Shown here piece after piece: positions 27,376 to 41,228 of a stretch of DNA of 64,000 bases. The notes under the pieces were generated by a model. That model saw only the letters and a program-made list of their open reading frames with translations. It did no database searches and was not told where the DNA came from. Source of the stretch: Octopus vulgaris (Eukaryota); NCBI GenBank assembly GCA_951406725.2, contig OX597818.1:72540001-72604000 (forward strand). The letters are read 5' to 3'. The translations under genes and the position numbers were made by a program. The number at the start of each line of letters is the position of its first letter. The stretch's first letter is position 1.

Positions 27376-28118
27376 ATTGAGTGAGAGAGCAATGCATACC
27401 ATCAAAATGACACTGCGGTAAAATATACGAAGCCCAATATACCAATCATCACTACCCATCTGATAAGGGTACACCAGACTGATGCATCGCAACTATATGT
27501 GCATGAAATTGAAGCCAATGAGGGTGACAGTGTTACACCCGGTAGGCTCAGAGATTCTGGTACGGCTCCAGCTTGTCGATATCCAGAAGGGGACCACCAC
27601 ACACGGCGTAGATGGAGCAAACAAATTAATGCTGTGGTCATGGAGTCTCACTCCCTGAGCAAACTGGTAGATGAAAATGGGGCCCAAATTAGGGGTTACT
27701 GACAACGTATGTATGATCATTGGAGAGAAAAGGGATTGTTTCAACTCACGGAACAGAGACTATGTGATCAAGCTAGAGCAATAAGAAAAAATTGTTGGTT
27801 CACAGAAGTAGAACTCGAAGCTATCAAAGACGGGTCCTTTGGTGGTTGACGGTATATGCATCTCTGATCACGAGCAGAAGTAGTGAGGGAGCATCGTAGG
27901 CATGTATCGAGAGGAATTATTTGGGGTTTGGATAATTCACCTATGAAAACATGGGTGTTTCTTTCAACATGCTTATACAACCCTTATTCAGGGACCTTTT
28001 GAGCGGGCTTGTCTATTCGAACCGAAGATAATTCTAAATGGGCCCCACCTGTAATGTTGTTAGCTGTTTATCTTGATATGAGATCACCATGTCGCACACA
28101 TATGCTCTCTCACTCAAT
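27376..28118. mobile_element. Rearranged 5' end of a Dong-like element with a 16-bp inverted head
   Basis: attgagtgagagagca (27376-27391) and its reverse complement (28103-28118). The plus strand encodes [41 protein letters not shown], a Dong N-terminal motif. Confidence 0.7.
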
Positions 28119-28122
28119 TATA

Positions 28123-28166
<44 letters not shown>

Positions 28167-28224
28167 AATGATGATGATGATGATGATAATAATAATAATA
28201 ATGATAATAATGATGATGATGATG

Positions 28225-28310
<86 letters not shown>

Positions 28311-28354
28311 TATTATTATTATTATTATTATTATTATAATATTAATGATAATAG

Positions 28355-28500
28355 AGGAAGAAGAAGAAGAAGAAGAAGAAGAAGAAGAAGAAGAAGAAGA
28401 AGAAGAAGAAGAAGAAGAAGAAGAAGAAGAAGAAGAAGAAGAAGAAGAAGAAGAAGAAGAAGAAGAAGAAGAAGAAGAAGAAGAAGAAGAAGAAGAAGAA
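28355..28500. repeat. (GAA)n tract in a compound GAT/AAT/GAA microsatellite
   Basis: Direct observation of the repeat tract. Confidence 0.98.
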
Positions 28501-28519
28501 TAAGAAGAAACAGGAGAGA

Positions 28520-29780
28520 ATAATAAATATCTAAGTGCACTAGAATCTGACAGAGAACCAACTATACAAACGAAAGACGAAAAAATGGAGGAGTACATTA
28601 ATAGGATGGGGAGGTTACTGAAATCGAAAGTAAATCGTCACAATCTTGTGAAAGCTGTAAATGCTTGCACAATATTTTTATTTAGATATTCAGCAGCTTT
28701 TTGTAGATTGGACAAAACGTCAATGTACACATCTAAACATAAAACTAGGAAGGACTTCAATATTGATCGAAAATTGCATCCTAGAGCTGGAGTAGAAAAA
28801 TTGTACCTAGAAACGAAAGTGGTAGAGGTTTAGTATCAGTAGAAAACTGATGGGAGTTAGTTACACTACAGTTAGCCTCCTATGTCGGTAATAGTGCAGA
28901 AATCTTATTAAAAACTGCTAATGTAGAAGTAAGAGATAAGGAAACAAAAATGCCAAATATAGTTTAAAACCAGTAAAAGAAGAAACATAATTTAACGTGG
29001 AAGATTTCCAAAGACAGTAGCAGAAAATAGTAATAGTGAGACATGGTTGTGGTTGAAGAAAGGAAGGCTAAAACAATATACGAAAGTTTGTTAGCAGCAG
29101 TACAAGATCAGGCAGTGAGGACTAACAGGTCAATAGCTAAGATAGACACAATCAGGTAGATTTCCAATGTTGTTTATGTAAATGTGTTACTCATACAGTT
29201 AGTAAATACAGAATGATGGTACAGAAAGAATACAGAAGAAAGGACATCATATGGAGAATAATACACTGGGAGTTATGTAGATTGCTAGAATTTGACTATA
29301 TAGATAAGTGGTATGAACATGAACCTAGCATAGTGTTAAAAATTAGGAAATATAAGAGGGTGTGGGAATTTTACACTCAGACTCTCAGAATAGTAGAAAC
29401 TAAAAAGCCTGTAGTAGACAAAAAGAATAGAAAGTAGCAGGTAATTGACTTTACAGTCTCAAATGATGAGAAAATCGATATTAGAGAGATAGAGAAACCA
29501 GCAAAGTACCATAACCAAGCCGTTGAATCACAGAGGCTAGGAGAAGTACATATCAGAATTCAGTTGTACTGGATGACTGAGATTTAAGCAAATGCAGATA
29601 GCTGACTTAGCCTATTTTATCAACCATCCGTTTGAAAAGAGTAACAAAACGTATACCCAAATTAGAGATTTACATTTTCAAACTTCAGGGGAGGATTTCA
29701 ATCCCAGTGTATTAGATTTTGCTAATACTTGGGAATATCCACAGGGAGGTCAACCATCAGAATAAAAAGCACTCATTGAC
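28520..29780 (+). pseudogene. Older, highly decayed Dong/R4 copy
   Basis: LLKSKVNRHNLVKAVNA, LHPRAGVEKLYL, LAAVQDQAVRT, IIHWELCR..KWYEHEP. Confidence 0.85.
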
Positions 29781-30454
29781 CAAGCTATCACCACGCTATG
29801 ACCCGTGGAATTCTTCTTCTTCTTCTTCTTCTTCTTCTTCTTCTTCTTCTTCTTCTTCTTCTTCTTCTTCTTCTTCTTCTTCTTCTTCTTCTTCTTCTCA
29901 GAAATGTACTGATATTAGCCTGTCATGCCAATGTTACCATGCTATTTCTAACCAACCTATCCTAACAGCCACAACAACCCCGATCACAATCCTTTCGTTC
30001 CAGAGTGACAAATTTCTAGAATCCATTACCTTCTATTAACCTTCTTTCCGCGGCATCTCATCTTGAGGTTTTTGAGCAGAAATCACATAAATCTCTCCAA
30101 AGTTACGCCACGACACAAATAGGGCTATAGCATATTATTTATGAAAAAACGAGGAAGAAAGAAAACATTCGTTTCCGATTTCATTATCACGTACGAAATT
30201 TCATGTTTCTGGTGATACCAAGAACCACTAAAATTATCAAAATGAACATGATAAGCAGTCCCTCTACATACATCACAGTAAATCCATTTAGAGGTATTAC
30301 GACCTATTCCGCTACTGGTACCATGAACAATACTACAGTGGGTATTTCTCTAATTGCCCTAGAAATACAACGTATAATCATTTTTACTTGCCATTCTAGC
30401 TTTAATAATGATAGTAATTGTTTTCACTATATGTACAAAAATTTGAATTATGGG

Positions 30455-30855
30455 TAAGTGGGTCAGTGGATTACTTCAACCTCAGTTCACAACTGGTATT
30501 TATTTCACCAACTCGGAAAGGATGAAAGGTAAAGTTGAACTCGGTAGTATTTGAACTCAGATACGTAAATACGATGAGTATTTTGTCCAATGTGTTAACG
30601 ATTCTGCTAGCTCGTCGCCTTAGAGGTACATTAACAATGGTTTTTAGATTTTGGAACAAGGCGAGACATTTCGGGGGATCTATGTAAGTTGATTACATAG
30701 ATCCCAGTGTTCAACTAGCATATATTTTATACAGTGCCAAAGGATGAAAGGCCAGGTCGACCTCTACAGAATTTTACCTCAGAAGGTAAAGACGGACGGA
30801 ATGACGCAGGTATTTTGACCGGCGGGCAAAACGATTCTGCAAGCTCGTTGCCTTA
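30455..30855 (-). mobile_element. Two tandem tRNA-derived SINEs (octopus OR-like family); the second has a ~18-bp target-site duplication
   Basis: Both contain ggatgaaagg..gaa/acctcag..acgattctgc-agctcg-gcctt. Flanking duplication agaggtacattaacaatg (30621) / agaggtgaactaacaatg (30855). Same family as 58860-59063. Confidence 0.8.
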
Positions 30856-33800
30856 GAGGTGAACTAACAATGCTACGACTGAGTATTGCCATTGTTGCCG
30901 TTATAGACTTTGCAGCGAAATTCTAAAGATAGAGATGATGCCCAATTTTGATGTTTTCTTTTACTTGAACAATTAAAATAACGATATATAATGAGTGAGC
31001 AAAAATCTATCTCCTATTCAATGATTCATATTAAAGCATAGAATTTTTGGTTCTAATGTCTGTCGTTGACATGATTATTTTCAAGATGCGTTCGCAGGGG
31101 ATTTAATTAGTGGTTAATTATGAATTGTATATCGTTTGACAAGTGGGCACGTGATAGATGTTGCACAGAGACCTGATGGAAAGAATACAAAATGATTTCG
31201 AGATCGAGATATCGCTACAACAATACACAATCTCATTATCTATTTCACCTACAATAGTAACCAGTACCACCACCACCACCACCACCACCATCACAACTGC
31301 CAACAGTACCACAACTGCTTTTATCACCAGTGATAACCTCACTAGAATTACTACTAACACCAACAGCACCTTGACTACACCTTCATTAACACTACCACAA
31401 CATAACTTCTTACTATTTCCACTACTCGCAATAATACTACTACGACGACCATCATCATCATGATCCCCCATCAGCACCTTCAACAACCTCATCCTTGCCA
31501 TTACCACCTTGTCCTTCATTAAAAAATCCACTGCTCGTAATATCACTACCACCTCCTGTGTCATCACATCCAGCACCAGCATTACAGCCGCTAAAGATGC
31601 CAGCCCAATACAAGCCCAACACCACTATCACCAACATCATTACCAATGTCATCATTTTTATTCTGATTATCTCTGCGTTCATTCGTTCCTGGTTTTCCAG
31701 TAGTTGTATCGTTAGAGACAATGTGCTGTTGACATCACCATCGTCGTCGTTGTTGTTGTTCTTATTGATAGTTATAGAAATATTTTTCATTTTCCAATCT
31801 ATATATAATTAATTAGTATTTCGAATTTATTGATGTTTATAATCAGTTCAGTACATTGATAATTAAGCTGGGTTGGATCAAAAGTCCTTTTCAGCATCTT
31901 CTGTTTTTAACAGACAGATTATGGTTCCTCGACATTTCTCTTGCCAATAAAGAAGTTTGGTGCTGGTAGCTGTATATTGCTTTTGATTCCATTGAAAAAT
32001 TATTAGCTGTCATACTTTAAACTGAATTCCGAATAATAGTTAATAGTGAAAATCTTTTGAACATGAAAGGCTGATCATATGACATCTATGGAATTACCAC
32101 AATCCAGGAAGTGTAATTTCTTATTACATATGTACATTCATTCAAAGTAGATTATTTTAAAAATAAATCATTGAAACTCCTGTTTCTGGCGCTGCTTGGA
32201 GTAGAGCTGAAAATGGATATTTAGACATAGAAAAGAAAATGAAAGCTAACTACGAAAAATACTGACGTCATTTTGCCTGATTGCAATCAAGACAATTTAA
32301 CACCGGAAATAAAGATTCCGGAACTTTTCAACTTAATATTTAATTCATATATTCAATTCGAACTTGTCTATCGAAATACTTTTAAAAACAACGTGTTGAG
32401 TCAGCATTTGATAAAATAACAAATTGTTAGATTAACTTATTCTTCGCTGGGAAGTAAGTCTATGGAATACAAAGGAAAACCTTTTAAAAATTGTTTTTCG
32501 ATTTTTGAGGTCAGTAGCTTCCCTTCACTATCAATTAGAAGTTAGTGTTATTTCACGAAGACAGTAACTTCAGGACATGCTGCTCATCATCTTGAGCCCC
32601 AATTTTACAGCTAGCGTAATTACTATAAAATCATGTAAAGTCCCAGCCCGTCAGTAAAGCTGCCAGAAATTGCAGCTAAATCTCTCGCGAATTGCACATT
32701 ACTTCTGTAATAAGATAATCCCCGATAGGTTATATATTTCTTGAGTGGAGGCCAACTTAACGCTGGATAACGGCAGCAGGATCAACACCGACAACAACAT
32801 AAAAGAAACATGTTAGTATATATGCATGCATAGGTGAATCTATGTAGATGGAAATGTGTATCTATGTATGTATGTATGAATTTGGCGTCAGAAACGAAGC
32901 ACTCAATAGATATAAAAAAAAGTAATAATCATGTTGAGACCACTATTTAATAATAATTTTTGATTCTTGAAAGGTGCGAAGGACGTGGAAACGTAATAAC
33001 TAAAAGTTATTCATAGTGGTGACGTTGACGTAAACGACACTATTGGTTTAACTGCGTACATGGAAACATTTACAAATTGCCATTGCAACAAAAAGCCCGG
33101 TATTAATATTATTGTAAAACGAGCAATTGAGAGTTACCCCATGTGGTAGCTGAACCTGTTAGAAATAGTAGCCAGGAAAACTTCTTTTTGCAACCCAAGT
33201 CTCTTAAAAATATAAGAACGTATTGGATAATTTAATCTGAGATATACTAGTTAGCAACCAAACATATTTTTACATCTGAGACGTAACTGAACTTAGTTCT
33301 GCGTCGTTAAGGGTGATCAATAATAGCAGTAGAATAACAACAACAACAACAACAACAAATAAACTATCCACAACTGAGTTTACAAAAACGACAGCGTACA
33401 GGTGATCAATAGCTCACAAAAAGTTAGTGTCTGAATGAAAGGTACAACTGGACCAAAGTTCGATGCAAAGCATATTGGGCTAAGAGAAAATACTCTCAAT
33501 GACAAATTTATGTATTCTAGTCACTCGTTCCCAAACAGTAACATTGTATATTCCAGTTAACTATCCCCATATATCTACAACCTTCAGTACTCGCAGTACT
33601 CGCATCGAAACTAAAACTTCCAGTAGTAGCGGCCTGAACATATCATGTATCGTTTTGAAATTGAAACAATGGAATAGCAAATGTTGAAGAATTCTTTACA
33701 GCGACGATATAAATATGCCTATTAACGACTAATCGGTTGCTACTAGACAGATCTAATTATAGTAAATCTTTTGCCAGACAGCTGTATTTGAACCAAATTT

Positions 33801-34155
33801 AACTAATGCCGAATCCTACCGCCAAGTATCAGAAATAAGTGTCATACTGGATATATTTACGGATGGTAACACTTTATGTATGTATGTATGTATGTATGTA
33901 TGTATGCATGTATGTATGTATGTATGTATAAATGTGTGTGTAGAGATAAGTGAATTTATATGCATATATGTATAAAAGTATATACAAATATATGTATATA
34001 TGTGCGTGTGTGTTTGTGTGTGTGTGTAAACGTGCGCATATGTGTATGTATATTTTTAAAGCCTCTATCAATAAAATATAATATATGTAAAAAGGAGAAC
34101 GTTTGAAAGATTGAGAAGGGAAGGCATAAACGGTGTGTACATTATCGTGTGAAAG

Positions 34156-34196
<41 letters not shown>

Positions 34197-35043
34197 AAGA
34201 AAGAGAGAGAGAGATTTAAGTAGAGAGGAATCAGTCTTGGAGGCTTACCAACAAATCTGTATAATAGAGAAAGAAATTAAAAAGTTGCCGGCTGAATAAA
34301 GATAAATATTCAACAGCAAACTAAGTTGAAACTAATGTTTCTGTTTAATGTTAGATATTCTTTGTCCTGATTATTTATACACTGCCATGTTCACTGCTCT
34401 GCAGTCGTCATGGAGTCCAGACGTATATTAAATCTATAAGACGATTGATGAGCGACTTTTTGAACTAGGCGATTTAAAGTAATCTAACATAATATATAGA
34501 GATAAAGCATATTATGTATATATATTCTCACATATTCTGATAAATAATTTCTGATAATAATTTCTTCTCTTGTCAGATCCTCACAGTTTTGTGTTCTTTC
34601 CAATATTTGGCAGCGAACTCTGTCATCAGAATGAAGTCTGAATATTAATTTGATGCTCAGACAGATGTTTGTAGTGTTGTTGTCAATACACACTTTATGC
34701 CCTTCGTCTTCTTGTTACCATCGTCATCGTTAACATTGACATTATCATCTTCATCATCATCATCATCGTCGTCGACGTCGTCGTCATCATCGTAATCATC
34801 ATCGTCATCATTGTCATCATCACTGTCACCGCCATCACAACGACCACAACGAACTCGATCATTTTTACCATCATCGATGTAGTCGTCGTCATCATCATCA
34901 TCATCATCATCATCAACTTTGTTGTCATCATCACTACAGCCACCACCTCCTACACAACCACCGCTACCACCACCACCACCACCACCACCACCACCATAAC
35001 CATAATCATCGTTGTCGTCGTGTTCTTCATCATCTTCACCATC

Positions 35044-35122
<79 letters not shown>

Positions 35123-35204
35123 TTTTCATCGTCATGAACGCGACCTTTTCTGTCGTAGGTGTTGTCGTCGTCGTCATCATCATAATCTCCTTTATGGTAT
35201 AACG

Positions 35205-35405
35205 CAGTGCTTTTCAAACTTTTTGATGGAGCGGAACCCCAACGAAACATTCCACTGGCTCGAGGAACCCCTGTGCAATAATTTAATAGTTTTATGCACA
35301 CATATCTGCACAGGAGAATTAAAAATTACTGCCGATTTTAGCAGTTTTGTAACTTCTTGCGGAACCCCTGGACTCTACTGGCGGAACCCTGGTTGAAAAC
35401 CACTG
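35205..35405. mobile_element. hAT (Charlie-like) MITE, 201 bp
   Basis: TIRs cagtgcttttcaa / ttgaaaaccactg, with a perfect 8-bp TSD gtataacg at 35197-35204 and 35406-35413. Confidence 0.95.
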
Positions 35406-35519
35406 GTATAACGCATCATCGTCATTACAATCTTATTCCTTATATATATTACTGCCATCATCATTAACATCAAACTCGTCACGCTCAAGTTCGTTATCCC
35501 CATAATTCCCTGCCGCACA

Positions 35520-36020
35520 TACTAATCCTTCTCTCCATCTATTTTCTCTGCTTAATTTTTCTTGGGAGGGTTGTGGGTGCAGAATCCTCAGGCCTGTCCT
35601 ACACAGGGTTCTATTATTTGCCACCGTCATTGCACTTTCTGGATGGATTCTCAAGGATGACCAACTGAGCCTCGCCCATGGTCTAACCCTAGGTACTTTT
35701 CCAGTGGGCTCGGCCTGAAGAACCCTCTTTTGCGATTCTTTCCAGCGACATTATAATCACATGTCTATAGCATCTGAGTTGTAACTTGTCAATGCAGAGA
35801 AGTAGTTGCTCAACAAGGAGAAGCACCTTAGCCTGCAGGCTTAAGAACCATGTCGAATAATGCAATTCCCGAGATCTTGCCGAGAAACCTCATTCCAACC
35901 GCTTGCATTTGCCATCGTTCTATTTCGGTCACGACCCAACATCCATGACTACAGGTGAGGATAGTCACCAAAACCGAACTGAAGATAACATATTCGGTTT
36001 TTTTTTACCAACATCTCTTC
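35520..36020 (-). pseudogene. RTE-clade (Expander-like) LINE 3' remnant
   Basis: SVLVTILTCSHGCWVVTE..MQAVGMRFLGKISG and RVLQAEPTGKVPRVRP..LHPQPSQEK. Confidence 0.75.
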
Positions 36021-36396
36021 TGAGGATCGAACGCACACATATATGTCTATACATATATGTCTATATAAGCAAACAGACGTAGAAGAAGAATTTGACTGTC
36101 GTAAGTAACCTGACTTAACAGCAGAAATAGCTGTAAGCTAATGAATGTGATTACATATCTCCAGTTCTTTTGTCATGTGTTTATTTGATTGCCGTAGATA
36201 GCATAAGATATATAGGGAAATAGTATGTGATTGTTCACCTCATCTATGACGTTATAACATTACTAATTAATAACTATAAGTAGTTAAAGTATGTTTATAT
36301 CCATTTACATACATGTATGCATAGTACAAATTTAAAATGAGGGTATTGGATATTAATTTAACACTAGTTGTCTAGCATATTAAAATTCTGAAGGTT

Positions 36397-36694
36397 CAGT
36401 AAATTGTATTATATATATATGAGAGGCATGGCCACCATGTGGACAACATTTATGCTAGAAGTAGATCCGCTATGGTCTAACCACTAAGAAATGTTCTGAA
36501 GAAAATATTAGCATGTATGTGAATAATCTATATTTTTATTACTTTTCATTTGTCTTGCTCGCTTACGTTCTGGAATTTGCTAAATTTTTCTTGAGAACAT
36601 TTCTTAGTGGTTAGACCATAGCGGATCTACTTCTAGCATAAGGGTTGTCCACATGGTGATCATCTCTCTCATTTGTATATAATACAATTTACTG
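36397..36694. repeat. ~300-bp inverted repeat (arms ~115 bp with a 48-bp perfect core)
   Basis: 36450-36497 is the exact reverse complement of 36594-36641. Ends are cagtaaattgtattata / tataatacaatttactg. Confidence 0.9.
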
Positions 36695-37296
36695 TATATA
36701 TAGTATATGTAAACAGACGCGCGCGCACACATACAAAATGCTTCTTAACTAAAAATTGTGCAGTAGTGTCTCACGAAACTCTCTGGAATGCTTTAAATAT
36801 ACGCGATATAACAGTAACTGCTGATAAAAATTCCTTCCATTAGATCAACATGAATGGAATAAAAGTTGCTTGAATAATAATGGTAATGATGTGAAAGAAA
36901 GTCACTTGGTAGGAACATTGATGATGGCAATGCCCATGTTAAATTTGATTTATTATCCATTTTAGCGTTTGATGTGTTATTCAGTTTCCAACATATGTAC
37001 CTATCAGTTTGTCTATCCTCTCTCACTCCCTATGTATGTGTGTATGTATATATGTATGTATGTATACATGTACGTATCTATGTATGTGTATATATGTATG
37101 TGTATATATGTATATATAGACACACGTGGTAGTCTTCCTGGAAGCTGCATATTGTGTGGTAAAGACAGAGGACGAAAGAAAGTCGATGCTGAAGAGGAGA
37201 GAAGAGCTTTTAGCGTATATTTCTTTTGTCTACTGTGGAGAATGTTTTCAAAGAGCGATAAGAGTGAAATGAACATAGATCTTACTCCGTATAATT

Positions 37297-38202
37297 ATTT
37301 TCGTTTATTATTCTTTATAAGCATCATCGTAAATAAGGATAAACTCTGAGGCTTGTGGCCGGCAAGTTTGCAAATTATTTGGACTCGAATTCATCTGTTG
37401 CAAATATTTATAATGCCTCATTATCTGAACTTTGTCGATTGGCGTTCATTTAAGCTGACATGATGGGGGGGGGTGAACTAATGTGTAGCACTTACATTTG
37501 ATCACTATAAACAAATCATCTGTACAGGTTGTTTAGCACGAAATTGCAAAAACGTCTTTCTCGGACAACGAGAGAGTAACTTTGCCTCACTGTCACCATA
37601 CAAAATTGTATAAAGCAGAACGGACAATTTTTTGCTCCAGACTTAACTATTAGTGTAGTTATCTCATCGATAATAGTTCTGCAAATAGTAAGCCTATGCT
37701 TCGAGGCATTACACTCACAATTGGATGAAAGCCGAAATTACAAGTTGTTGCTCTTTGACATGGAAAATAAAATTTTGTATATTTCAGCGATTTAAAATCG
37801 TGGCTTTACCTTTTAAGATGCAGTCATTCACAAGTGTGCTTAGTGGAAAAGTGTACACGGAGGACATTTCCAAATAGACCAAAACTTCAGAAAATATTTA
37901 GAAAGAGGGAAGTAATCACCCCTACATTTTATATGTATCGACAACATCGGCAGATATTTCTAGCGCTTGCTATGCCAGACCACTAACATAACACTTAAAT
38001 AACACAAACACTATAATGCCCAAAATGTTATGGTTAGCTGTACATCACCTTCTCTGTCCTGCGACAAAATGAAGAACACAAAAGTACCCACCCATGAGGC
38101 AAACAAACATCTTCAAAATCTCGAAAGCTGTTTACTTTTCTGTTTAACCAATGCTGTTTCTCCAAACGAATGGCATATCGAACATCAGATACACTCAGAG
38201 TG

Positions 38203-38273
<71 letters not shown>

Positions 38274-39166
38274 TACACTCTGAGTGTATCTGATGTTCGA
38301 TATGCCATTCGTTTGGAGAAACAGCATTGGTTAAACAGAAAAAGTAAACAGCTTTCGAGAAATTGAAGATGTTTGTTTGCCTCATTGGGTACTTTTGTGT
38401 TCTTCATTTTGTCGCAGGACAGAAAGGTGATGTACAGCTAACCATAACATTTTGGGCATTATAGTGTTTGTGTTATTTAAGTGTTATGTTAGTGGTCTGG
38501 CATAGCAAGCGCTAGAAATATCTGCCGATGTTGTCGATACATATAAAATGTAGGGGTGATTACTTCCCTCTTTCTAAATATTTTCTGAAGTTTTGGTCTA
38601 TTTGGAAATGTCCTCCGTGTACACTTTTCCACTAAGCACACTTGTGAATGACTGCATCTTAAAAGGTAAAGCCACGATTTTAAATCGCTGAAATATACAA
38701 AATTTTATTTTCCATGTCAAAGAGCAACAACTTGTAATTTCGGCTTTCATCCAATTGTGAGTGTAATGCCTCGAAGCATAGGCTTACTATTTGCAGAACT
38801 ATTATCGATGAGATAACTACACTAATAGTTCAAGTCTGGAGCAAAAAATTGTCCGTTCTGCTTTATACACATTGTATGGTGACAGAATACAGTTAAAACC
38901 TCTCGTTGTCCGACCCAGACTGTATTTTAGCACAGTGCTAAACAACGTGTACAGATGATTTGTTATAGTGATCAAATGTAAGTGTGAAGCATGAGTGTCA
39001 ACATCATGTCAGCTAAATGAACCCGAAGATTCAGAATTCAATGCATGATAAGTACTAGTTCAATCAGAATGAATATTTAACATTCTACTATTTCAATTTT
39101 ATTCAATTATAATATATTATCCTTATTTAATATGATGCTTATAAAGATTGTAAATAAAACGAAAAT
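37297..39166. repeat. ~1.9-kb palindrome centred on (TA)n at 38208-38269
   Basis: 37590-38207 and 38270-38885 are near-identical reverse complements. The outer parts are still alignable but much more diverged. Confidence 0.95.
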
Positions 39167-39626
39167 CAGATTGGAATTCTTTTATTAATATATATATATA
39201 TATATGTATACACACACGCATATGTATGTAAGGATGTAGTTAATTAATTAATATGGACAGAAGCAGTATAATGACCAAAAGGCAATGCTCATATACAACT
39301 TGATGTGAACGTCGTGTTACAAAACAGAATACTGCGTTCTATACGCTGAGAGAGCCTTTCATGTGGACACGTGGTGCATAAGAGCATTCATATTTATATC
39401 GTTGACGAATGAGAAAGGTCTGCTACGGGCGCCGAAAGTGCGGTTTGGGCTACCTAGTAGCAGACTTGTGGTAGCGATATAACAACGGAATATCCTTGTG
39501 AATAATATATAGAATTTCAGTCTCTATTCATTTACTGAAATCGCAAATAGCCTGGACACACACATGTGTGTGGGGTGAACGGGAAGGCGGTTACTTATCT
39601 CTATCTATCGATCTATTTATCCATCC

Positions 39627-39692
<66 letters not shown>

Positions 39693-40287
39693 ACATACAT
39701 ACATACATACATACATACATACATACATACATACATACATACATACATAAGTCACAATATAAGGATTCAAGTAATCCAGTAGTACTAATAAAAAAGCTCC
39801 TTAATGTATCATTCTACAAAACATATAAAATATACATTACGATACAAGAGAAAATGGAAAGGAATGTATAACGTTATAAATGACAGAAATAGTTTGATGA
39901 AATTCCATTTCACAGTTTTTTATCTCTACATTTATGATATTTTGTTTTTCAGGATTTTCTTGGATACTGTAATTTTCATTTACATTACTAAAATTCCTTT
40001 CTAGTTATTAGACAATCGTCTTATTGTTTTCCATAATCTTTTAAATATTAACTTTGCGTTCTTGAAACATTACGTCGAGAATTAATGTTTATGAAACACT
40101 TTCTTTACATGAGGTTGTAGCTTAATTTCTGCATTGATTTGAAAGAATTTTGCAGTTTGCCTTAATGCAGATGTGTATATAATTTATTTTCTAGTAAGTA
40201 TAATAATATAAATTGCCTACATGATTAAAGTTACGAAGCAATTTGTCATGATATTTTAATTTACTCTCGTTAAATGAAATTTCATCA

Positions 40288-40360
<73 letters not shown>

Positions 40361-40390
40361 ATTAAAATCGATAAATTTTTATAGAAGAAT

Positions 40391-40509
40391 TTCTCGCTAG
40401 ATCACTGGTAACAAAAAATTTTCTATAAATATTTTTGCTACCCTAAGATTTTTAATGTACATGACTTTTCTAAGCATAATGTATATCTATGTATATATAT
40501 ATATATATA

Positions 40510-40561
<52 letters not shown>

Positions 40562-41184
40562 ACAGACTTCTTTCAGTTTCCGTCTACCAAATCTACTCAC
40601 AAGGCTTTGGTCGGTCTGAAGCTATAGCAGAAGACGCTTGCCCAAGGTACCACGAAGTGGAACTGTACCTGGAACCCTGTGGTTGGTTAGCAAGCTACTT
40701 ACTATACACCCACTCCTGCGCCTACAAATATATTTATTTATTATATTTATAAGATGAGAAATTAGAGAGGCAATTAATAAATTGTTATTTATTAAAAAAT
40801 TGATAAACAGCCCAAACAGATGTTTAAGTTCCAGACGTTCAGAAAATTAATTAATTAAATAAAAAATTGTTTCAGAATCGAATCTCTTCAGAGGTAAATA
40901 AAGATATACAAAATAGGTGTTCAATTCCTGCATGTTGAGTAAACGGCAGCAAACCGTTAACGAAACAGCTGTAAGTGATTTTGTCAGTTTTTTAATCAAT
41001 AAATAATAATTGATTAATTACCTCTCTATTTTCTCATCGTATAGTAAGTAGCTTGCTAACCAACCACAGGGTTCCAGGTACAGTTCCACTTCGTGGTACC
41101 TTGGGCAAGCGTCTTCTGCTATAGCTTCGGACCGACCAAAGCCTTGTGAGTAGATTTGGTAGACGGAAACTGAAAGAAGACTGT

Positions 41185-41228
<44 letters not shown>

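Noticed and set aside
31158-31812. Thr/Pro-rich ORFs resembling mucin
   Set aside because: They derive from decayed (ACC/ATC)n trinucleotide repeats and are open on both strands.
34657-35301. 214-aa Asp/Gly-rich ORF
   Set aside because: It is a compound trinucleotide repeat, and its start lies inside the hAT MITE.
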